In this document: positions 21,344-29,448 of the stretch, piece by piece
Position numbering within the stretch: position 1 is the first letter of the stretch
How the letters are laid out: every line of letters begins with the position of its first letter
From: Octopus sinensis
Lineage: Eukaryota
Reading direction: 5' to 3'
NCBI RefSeq assembly: GCF_006345805.1
Contig: NW_021832898.1
Location: 1-29,448 of the forward strand
DNA: 29,448 bases
Made by a program: the position numbers and the translations under genes
The notes under the pieces: model-generated
Databases searched by the model: none
Told to the model about the DNA's origin: nothing
What the model saw: the letters and a program-made list of their open reading frames with translations, nothing else

Positions 21344-21757
21344 TATCCAGATCACAAGTTATGATTTATATCTGTAATTATTGAAGCCCTGGGATATGTA
21401 CACACTGCCTAAATACAAACCTTGAGAAATTAGGCTTCGCAAAACCAGAAACGGAAAAGCAACTTCGAAGACAACATATCTGATCCCTTACTGGAACTGT
21501 AAAAATCTCTAAAACTTTCCAGAAGTTTATCATTTAAATATATATATATGAGCATGTCTAGATATGCATTTATAAGCATGAGAATATATACATAAAGCAA
21601 AACATACAAATCAGCACCAATACGTACATACATACATACACACATGCGTAAAAAATACCGTGTTGTTGAGATTCCAATAAAGAAGCCTTGAATCTAGGTT
21701 AGAAACCGGCTCTTTATTGGCAAGAAATCTTGGAGTAGAACTGAAGAATGGCATACA
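21344..21757 (+). mobile_element. RLE-type non-LTR retrotransposon 3' remnant related to 9636-10327
   Basis: YPDHKL*FISVIIEALGYVH(fs)LNTNLEKLGFAKPETEKQLRRQHI*SLTGTVKISKTFQKFII*; the C-terminus parallels GALGSVP..ICETFQKFSM* of the other copy; 5' truncation lies in (CATA)n. Confidence 0.7.
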
Positions 21758-21767
21758 AACGCGCGCG

Positions 21768-21803
<36 letters not shown>

Positions 21804-21934
21804 CACACACACACACACATGTATATAACTTAATGTGCACCAGATAAAGAAAAAAACAACATATAGCTTCTTGCGTTGCAGACGCCGGTCTACGCAGCTT
21901 TTTTATAGCATACTTTCCGTCCATATATATATAT

Positions 21935-21977
<43 letters not shown>

Positions 21978-22093
21978 GACAATAAATAATTTTCGCCTCT
22001 TTTATAGAGACAAAAGGGTTTAAAAGACTTCAAAAAAGAAGATCTCATGTATATGTGTCTGTGTGTGTGCGTGTGTGAAGGTGCGTGTGTAAA

Positions 22094-22410
22094 GGCGTGT
22101 GGCTTAGTGTTTAGGGCATTCGGCTCACGATCGTAAGGTCGTGCGTTCGATTCCCGGCGACGCGTTGAGCCCTTGAACAAGACACTTTATTTCACATTGC
22201 TCCAGTCCACTCAGCTGGCAAAAAATGAGCTGTACCTGTATTTCAAAAGGCCAGCCTTGTCCCATTCTGTGTCCCGCTGCATCTCCCCGAGAACTACGTT
22301 AAGGGTACACGTGTCTGTGGAATGCTCAGCCACTTGCGCGTTAATTTCAGGAGCAATCTTTACCGTTGATCGTACCAGCTGGTACTCTAGTCGTCGTAAC
22401 CGACGGAGTA
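22094..22410 (+). mobile_element. full-length tRNA-derived SINE (family 4)
   Basis: A-box-like TGGCTTAGTG and B-box GTTCGATTCC in the head; core CTCCAGTCCACTCAGCTGG; homolog at 13705-13973. Confidence 0.85.
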
Positions 22411-22414
22411 AGAG

Positions 22415-22528
22415 TATGTGTGTGTATATATATATATATTATATATATATATATCATATATATATATATATTCATATATATATACATATATATATGTATA
22501 TATGTACATACATACATACATACATACA

Positions 22529-22564
<36 letters not shown>

Positions 22565-23075
22565 CATATTTAGAAAACGCCTAATATTAGGGCCGTCTTA
22601 GTATCAGACAAGTTGGGAGATTCCAATTTCGTGTATTCGTGTATGCAATGAAACTCTGAATACGCACATAATGTATGCATACACACACACACACATATGC
22701 ATACATACATACATATATATATATACATATATATACATATATATATACATATATATACCAGCATAAACGTATATGTATATATACATGTATCTATGTACAT
22801 ATAGATGTAAATTCATTAAACCATGGCGACAGAGAGGGAGTGGAGCAGGCTATTTACTTAATATCTTATTGCTTCCAGAATCAAATTTATAATCCTCTTT
22901 ATTGCTGTCTATATATCTACTTAAATTCGTATCAGATTATGCACGCACACACACACACGCACACACGATTACACACACACAGATTCTTATACATATATAT
23001 ATATATATATATGCCCCTTTGTGGATGTGCCTGGGAGTTCTTGTGACTGTACGTGCATGCGTGTGTATGTATGTG

Positions 23076-23109
<34 letters not shown>

Positions 23110-23227
23110 ATATATATATATTTGTATACATATGTGTATATATGTGTGTACGCATTACATGCAGACACATATTTGTGCGTACGCATACATCACACAGACG
23201 TAGATACACAGAACGTCAGGCGCACAA

Positions 23228-23259
<32 letters not shown>

Positions 23260-23285
23260 AGACATATATACACTTCGACATATAC
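22415..23285. repeat. cluster of (TA)n, (CATA)n, (CA)n and (TG)n microsatellites with short unique spacers
   Basis: Visible runs at about 22415-22565, 22670-22800 and 22940-23280. Confidence 0.9.
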
Positions 23286-23814
23286 AGACGATGTAACAGA
23301 AATGGGCGATTTGTTTTGAATAAGAAAAAAACATTGTAGATAAACTACTTCGGAGATATTTCAGGATGTTCGATTTTCTGTAAAAGACGTTTGTTGGAAT
23401 GAATTTCGACAGGTTTATATGATTATTAGTTTTGTTATTGATTAATTGGCAGACATATTTAGTTGAAGGTCAGAAAATTATCGCAAAGACACTAAACATT
23501 AAAATATCGTATTTATTTGAATGCCAAAAGGTGGTGACTAATACGAGAGGAATAGAATTTCGATTGGAATATAAAAATTTTTAGCAGAATTTCATAAAGA
23601 ATTCTAATTTCATCTCATTACCCGGTTAAATACCACCAGATGCTCCTTGGTGGGGATCCTCTCTGTTCCAAGCATTTCTGTGCTCGGATGTCCGGAATTT
23701 AATACATCTTCTATTCTTACTTTGGTTACAGAGAATTCCATTTCTTACTATGTAATTATCATGTGAATATATAATTATCATGTGTATATATAATAGCAAT
23801 ACATTACATTTCTA

Positions 23815-23993
23815 AGGCAACGAGCTGGTAGAAACCTTAGCCCGCTGGCCAAAAACGCATATCGTCATTCCATCTGACTTTACGTTCTGAGTTCAAACAC
23901 CGCTGAGGTCGACTGTGCCTTTTCGGGTTCTGTTTCGATAATCGACTTCACCCCTTTCTCGAACTTGTGGCTTTGTGTAGAAATACGAAACCA
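23815..23993 (+). mobile_element. SINE family 1, internally deleted
   Basis: AAGGCAACGAGCTGGTAGAAAC..TTACGTTCTGAGTTCAAAC..GAGGTCGAC. Confidence 0.75.
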
Positions 23994-24020
23994 ATGCATA
24001 ATATCAATATATGACATTTT

Positions 24021-24220
24021 AAGCGACGCGGTGGCAGAATTGTTAACAGGCCAGGCTAAATGTTTAGCGACATTTCGTCTGTCTTTACATTCTGAGTTCA
24101 AATTCCACCGAGGTCTACCTTGCCTTTCATCACTTCGGAGTCGATAAAATAATTACCATTCGACATAATCGACTTACCCCTTTCTCTCGAACGTGGTGGT
24201 CTTGTACCAAAATTTGAAAT
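24021..24220 (+). mobile_element. SINE family 1
   Basis: GGTGGCAGAATTGTTA..TTCTGAGTTCAAATTCCACCGAGGTC..TAATCGACTTACCCC. Confidence 0.75.
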
Positions 24221-24494
24221 TAATATCATATATTTTCCATTCCATCGCTACCGGGCGGAATCGACATACTTCATTTGATCAATAGGATTTGTAGTGACAA
24301 GAAATGCCTAAATATGAATGTAAAAAGGAAAAAAACCATAGTTGTTGGTGATTAGTAAGAGAGTACAAAAATAAATAAATATGAAGCCTGAACATGTTAA
24401 AATTTCGGGTATTTAGGTAAAATAATAAAGCCGAGAGGTAGGTGTATAAAAATTACTCCATGAATTAATAAGTCAAAGACAATATTTAGAAGAA

Positions 24495-24892
24495 TGAAGG
24501 CGGCGAGCTGGCAGAAACGTTAGCACGCCGGACGAAATTCGTAGCCGTATTTCGTCTGCCGCTAGGTTCTGCGTTCAAATTCCGCCGAGGTCGACTTTGC
24601 CTTCCATCTTTTCAGGGTCGATAAATTAAGTACCAGTTACGCACTGGGGTCAATGTATTCGACTTAATCCGTTTGTCTCTCCTTGTTTGTACTCTCTGTG
24701 TTTAGCCCCTAGTGGGTAGTAAAGAAATAGATATTTCGTCAGACTTTACGTTCTGAGTTCAAATTCTGCCGAGGTCGACTTTGTCTTTCATCCCTTCAGG
24801 GTCGATAAATTAAGTACCAGTTGCATACTGAAGTCGATCTAATCGATTGCCCCTCCACCAAAATTTCGGGCCTTGTGCCTAGAGTAGAAAAG
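24495..24892 (+). mobile_element. dimeric SINE family 1 with 14-bp target-site duplication
   Basis: Two copies of the body (GTTCAAATT..GAGGTCGACTTTG..AAGTACCAGTT at about 24570-24640 and 24750-24825); AATATTTAGAAGAA at 24481-24494 and 24893-24906. Confidence 0.85.
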
Positions 24893-25080
24893 AATATTTA
24901 GAAGAACAGGTCAAAAGATAAAATGAGAATGAGAAATCCGCATGTGAATGCATTTAAATAACAAAAGCATGTACAACACGTGTGCCACACTCTTGGTCGC
25001 CATAGTAGGTTCTACTGACAAGCATTTAAAAAACGTTCTGTTTTCACTGCAAGTTTTACGTTTGACTATCTGTCTCCTAG

Positions 25081-25134
25081 AAGAGCCGCCCTCTTCGAGG
25101 TTTTGCCAAAGAACAGCGGGCGACTCCTCTGCTC
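25081..25134 (+). other. candidate 54-nt exon
   Basis: Pyrimidine-rich acceptor TTTGACTATCTGTCTCCTAG| and donor |GTAAGA; GC-rich for the window; all three frames open. Confidence 0.25.
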
Positions 25135-25399
25135 GTAAGAAATCTATTCCAACCATAAATGGAAAAAAATTGATAGGCACCACCGTTCCGGGTCCGAACG
25201 GACCTGGGAGTAATGGTAAACTACGGGATGACTTTACGCTCCCCCACGACACCAGAACACCTGAACTGAAACCCCGAACATAACGTAGTTTCATATCATA
25301 CTCAGGACAAACATACATAGAAATATACGTACATACATTTTCATGTATATAATACTATACACTGCTACACACACACATACACATACACACACACACACG

Positions 25400-25470
<71 letters not shown>

Positions 25471-25479
25471 CGCTATGAT

Positions 25480-25651
25480 AGACCGCTATCCACTAAAGCA
25501 TGTTTTATTCTCTCTGTTTATTTCCTCGTGTTCCTTTCTGCTGAAGAGCGTAGGCTCGAAACGTAAAAGACTTTCTCACCTTCCCGAGGGTTAAACTAAT
25601 ACATCTGTTTGTTGTTTACACACCTGTCTTTGTCTTTTGGTTTTATTTTGT
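25480..25651 (+). mobile_element. family A pLTR-type repeat with variant hammerhead (25534-25569), between (TA)n tracts
   Basis: CTTT-CTGCTGA-A-GAGC-GTAG-GCTC-GAA-ACGT-A-AAAG. Confidence 0.7.
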
Positions 25652-25661
25652 AAATTCCGTC

Positions 25662-25698
<37 letters not shown>

Positions 25699-25786
25699 AT
25701 ATATATATGTATATATATATATATATTTATGTATATATATACATATTTATGTATATTATAATTATATATCTATATATATATATATA

Positions 25787-25826
<40 letters not shown>

Positions 25827-26062
25827 TGGACTCCGTGGGTCACGAATGACCATGTGTGCACCTAAGAGGTTCCTCTCCGGGGTACAAGTCTGGGCGGAAA
25901 GTCGCCTCACCGGCGAACGCACAACCTAAGGTTGTTTTTATGGAAGAGCAGCAGTGTTCCCATGCATCCCAGCTTCCCTTCTCCACACCACTGATGTTAT
26001 CCAAGGGAAAAGTAAAGGGGATCAATACAGCTTGGCACTAGTGATGTCACAACGCATTTCTA
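25827..26062 (-). mobile_element. 3' part of a SINE-like interspersed repeat
   Basis: GGACTCCGTGGGTCACGAATGACC..GATGTTATCCAAGGGAAA..ATACAGCTTGGCAC resembles an octopus SINE body from recollection; no second copy in the window. Confidence 0.4.
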
Positions 26063-26234
26063 CATTAAAAGTTCATTAAAAGTTTTAGCTTCCCGTCTAG
26101 TCACGAATAGACAGGAAAATCACGTTGATTCCTCTAATCTTTGACCCAGCGTTACATTTAGAATTTGAGAGATGGAAGGTGAGAGAATTGCACCAGAATT
26201 TGACTTGTGTTCATTTTCGTTTGAGAAAATTGGT

Positions 26235-26350
26235 GAACATGAAATGAAGTACCTTGAGGAAAGACACAACATTACGTCGACTCCAGAAATTGAACTAATG
26301 ACATTATGATTGTGAACCGGACTCTGTAACAACTGGGCCACGCACCTTCA
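26235..26350 (-). mobile_element. degenerate tRNA-SINE head (family 4-like)
   Basis: GAAATGAAGTACCTTG..GACACAAC..AACTGGGCCACGCACCTTCA parallels 13900-13973. Confidence 0.55.
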
Positions 26351-26619
26351 CTTGAAACGATACGAATTGTATTATTCCAAGTGTTCTGAATACTCAACTA
26401 TTTAGATTACGTATTTGATGGTACATAATTGTAAAGTAAATAATGCGAGGATGATTTATAACAGCCTAACAACTCTGTTTGTTTAATCTGGTGATGGGTT
26501 GAAATAATATGGATAATTTATCGCATAAGCAGAGAGGTTCTAACGTAAATATTAAAGACAATTGCCGTTCACGTACTGAATAGCGTCGCCGAGAGTTGTC
26601 TATCGAATTTTAAATGTGT

Positions 26620-26665
26620 GTATGCGTATGTACGTACGTATCATGTGTTTATGTTTGCGTATATA

Positions 26666-26730
<65 letters not shown>

Positions 26731-26900
26731 TTATATATATATATACATACATATTTATATATATATACATACATATTATATATAGACATGTATGTATGTG
26801 TATGAGTGTGTGGATACATAATGCGTACAGACATATACACGCGTCTACCTTTATACACATAAATATGTACATACGTGCGTATATAGGAATACACATGCCA
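26620..26900. repeat. (TA)n compound microsatellite
   Basis: Visible run. Confidence 0.95.
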
Positions 26901-28419
26901 ACATTAGTATAATATAATTCCATGACAATCCAATCATTAATCGGGCGACAAATGTCCGCCAGCCTTCCATCAAGTCAATGAGTGCTTGCATAACTAAGAG
27001 ATAAACGTATGCTGTCCTGTCATCCATTGTGACTCTGAGTAGTTACAAGGGCGACATCCTATTAAGTCCAACTGGATAGAATAAAGCTGTGTTTATATTT
27101 AACACGTTCGTGTGTACTCAAACATAAAGCAACCATCGCTGCAGTAACGGTCTCGGAAGAAAAATTCTTATTCACTATATATGTGTATGCGTCTGCAAAC
27201 ACACAAGCTGGGCTTCATCCGTTATGGACACCAAATGCGTTATTCGAAGCGCAATACAAACTGCCGTTCCTTTAATTCGATCCATCATTGCATCTTCTCT
27301 GATTCCTGCGATCCATCATTGCATCCTCTATTCCACTTACTATTCCTGCAAGGTTTGCAAAAATAGATTACTCACGCTCCACTGTTTAGAATTCGCAATT
27401 ATTAACGTTTAATTCCTCTTTCACGAGCTTTGGATTCCCATACACTCATCCTTTGTACTTCCTCCTCACCCACACTTCCCGGAACAAGTTGCAGGCTAAT
27501 TGCCTGCTGTACCAGCATTGGGCGCAAACTGCAATATATTTTTCGATCGCGACCCCTGTCAATCTGCGTGGCAGACAATTCGGTGTGGTTATTCTTTCGA
27601 ATCTTTTTCATATTGCAGATTTTGGTGGTTTTTGTATGAGCCAGGGACCGAACTGTTCTTTAAAATGGACCGTATAGAGCAAAACTAAGTTTGCTGATGT
27701 GTGCAAAGCTTTGTCAAGCTTTAATGAATTACTTAATAACACACTAAACAAAGTTGATTAAATAAAGTTGTGTACATTGTACTTAACACATTCATGTATA
27801 TTCAAACACGGAAAGACTTTCTCTGTGACAGCTGTCTCAGATTGAGTTATGTATCTCAAATCGATACCATTGAACAAAGAACGTATCGCAAAGAAGTAGA
27901 ATGAACCAGAAAGAGGGAAACACAAATTTAATACATTTTGAGGAAATATTTTCAGATTTAGGCATTTGATCGAAGGTTCTCTTAGTGCAACGGATGAATA
28001 CAAAATGTCTATCAGTATTTTCGTCTTTGATGTTCTTGAAATCGAACATTAAATATTTTAATAGAACAAAAGAAGTTAGCACAAATCTATTGACTCAATC
28101 ATAATACGTGGCCCTCGTTAATTTCATAAAACCTGAGAACTGAAACGGAACTTTAACCCTGCGCAGAGTACGACTAAGTGCGTATAGAAATGAAACTCAT
28201 ATACATACATACGTATATAGACACATACATACACATGTGTGTATGTATGTATGTGTGTGTGCTTGTATATATATATATATTATAAAGGTGGGAAAGAGTG
28301 GAGGATGGAGGTACAGGTATCACATTTATTCTTTGGCTATACTTTGTTCGTTTGAAAATCATTGTTCCTTTCTATATCCTGTTAGTATTTGCCTGGTTTC
28401 CTGAGTCCCATTTCATTTC

Positions 28420-28680
28420 ATACATACACACATACATACATACATTCATACCCACGCACGTACACACACATATGTTCCCACGCACATACACGCACATATA
28501 TACATCCATACATACACACAAATACACACATACACACATATACACATACACACACATGCATACACACATATACGCACACATACACACATATATACATACA
28601 TAATATACACATACAGACACACATACATACACACACATACACATACGTACACACACACATACACACATACATATATACGA
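28420..28680. repeat. degenerate (CA)/(CATA) microsatellite
   Basis: Visible run. Confidence 0.9.
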
Positions 28681-28779
28681 ATGAAAATTCAACACATTTA
28701 GTGGCAGTTATATCGGACCCAAGCGTCTTACATTTCCGTCGGATTCTTACTAAAACCTATACAAACCAGGTTTCTATAG

Positions 28780-28840
28780 GACCGTATACAAACCGCCGAC
28801 TTTATGGTCGTGAGGCCAACGTCCTAACGGCTAAGCCAGC
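28780..28840 (-). mobile_element. degenerate tRNA-SINE head
   Basis: Minus strand GCTGGCTTAGCCGTTAGGACGTTGGCCTCACGACC..GGTTTGTATAC (A- and B-box-like). Confidence 0.45.
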
Positions 28841-29206
28841 AAAAACAATGATTTAAAAAAGTATTCCATCAGTGTCATCAAATGCTATAAAAGTGTGAAT
28901 CAGGGGTCTTTTCGCCTATATAGAAAATCGGACCAGAATGACTGCACAATTCGAATGATGCTTACGGTCCAGGGAAGAAGGACTTAAGATCAAACACTAT
29001 TCAGTCGATTTCAGTCGGCAAGGCTTCATATCAGTTAGAAGGCCTGTGCACTGTAAAGCCGCCGAGAGGTCGAAACAGCACACATTCCGCCCTAACGCTG
29101 ATAATCCAAAAATTCTACAGGAATCAAAGCTTCCGATTAGCAGCACTTGCATAAGCAATCTGCTTGGAACTCTCTAATCTACAACTACTGAAATTAGCAA
29201 AGTTCC

Positions 29207-29322
29207 ATGGCAGCAGCTGAACAAGACAAAACCGGTGTCTCTCACCACGTTGCTAAAATACAACAACCTGAGATACATCAAGTTAGTTGTAAACAAATTT
29301 TTGATAGATTCTCTCTTAAAGA
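29207..29322 (+). CDS. candidate first coding exon of an unidentified host gene (MAAAEQDKTGVSHHVAKIQQPEIHQVSCKQIFDRFSLK, phase 2)
   Basis: ATGG start after an in-frame upstream stop; 38 non-repetitive codons; consensus donor GA|GTAAGT at 29323; possible acceptor TTCTACAG| at 29120. No homolog recognised. Confidence 0.3.
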
Positions 29323-29330
29323 GTAAGTTA

Positions 29331-29448
29331 GGCGCATACATGACTATGTGGTAAGAAGCTTGCTTCCCAACCACACGGTTCAGGATCAGTCTCATTGCTT
29401 GGCACCTAGAGCAGGTGTCTTCTACTATAGCCTCGGCCTGATCAAATC
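29331..29448 (+). mobile_element. SINE family 2 head (runs off window end)
   Basis: GGCGCA..TGTGGTAAGAAGCTTGCTTCCCAACCAC..GTGTCTTCTACTATAGCCTCGG. Confidence 0.8.

Noticed and set aside
22094-22170. tRNA genes at SINE heads
   Set aside because: A- and B-box-like motifs are present but there is no complete cloverleaf, and each continues into a repeat body, so these are tRNA-derived SINEs.
27278-27325. 17-bp direct repeat CGATCCATCATTGCATC at 31-bp period
   Set aside because: Only two copies; an ordinary slippage duplication with no further structure.
27453-27677. HIADFG kinase-like motif in an ORF
   Set aside because: No other kinase motifs nearby; the motif arises from an acceptor-like TATTGCAGATTTT sequence and is probably chance.

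Overview
AT-rich eukaryotic non-coding DNA, saturated with microsatellites ((TA)n, (CA)n, (CATA)n, (TAA)n, (CTAT)n) and short interspersed repeats. The tRNA-derived SINE families and repeat spectrum match what I recall of Octopus genomes (inference). I recognise no intact protein-coding gene; most ORFs in the track are microsatellite translations. The window contains about 20 SINE copies from several families, decayed 3' ends of non-LTR retrotransposons (RTE-type; R4/Dong-type in (TAA)n; a second restriction-like-endonuclease family beside (CATA)n), and Tc1/mariner, pogo/Tigger-like and hAT miniature elements. A few weak + strand exon candidates may belong to a host gene. The most interesting signal is at least four unrelated short repeat families, each abutting microsatellites, that share a minimal type I hammerhead-ribozyme architecture with covarying stem I and a palindromic stem III. 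This is the design known from Penelope-like pseudo-LTRs. One copy (11730-11790) has an intact catalytic core, and two families carry recurrent non-canonical cores.
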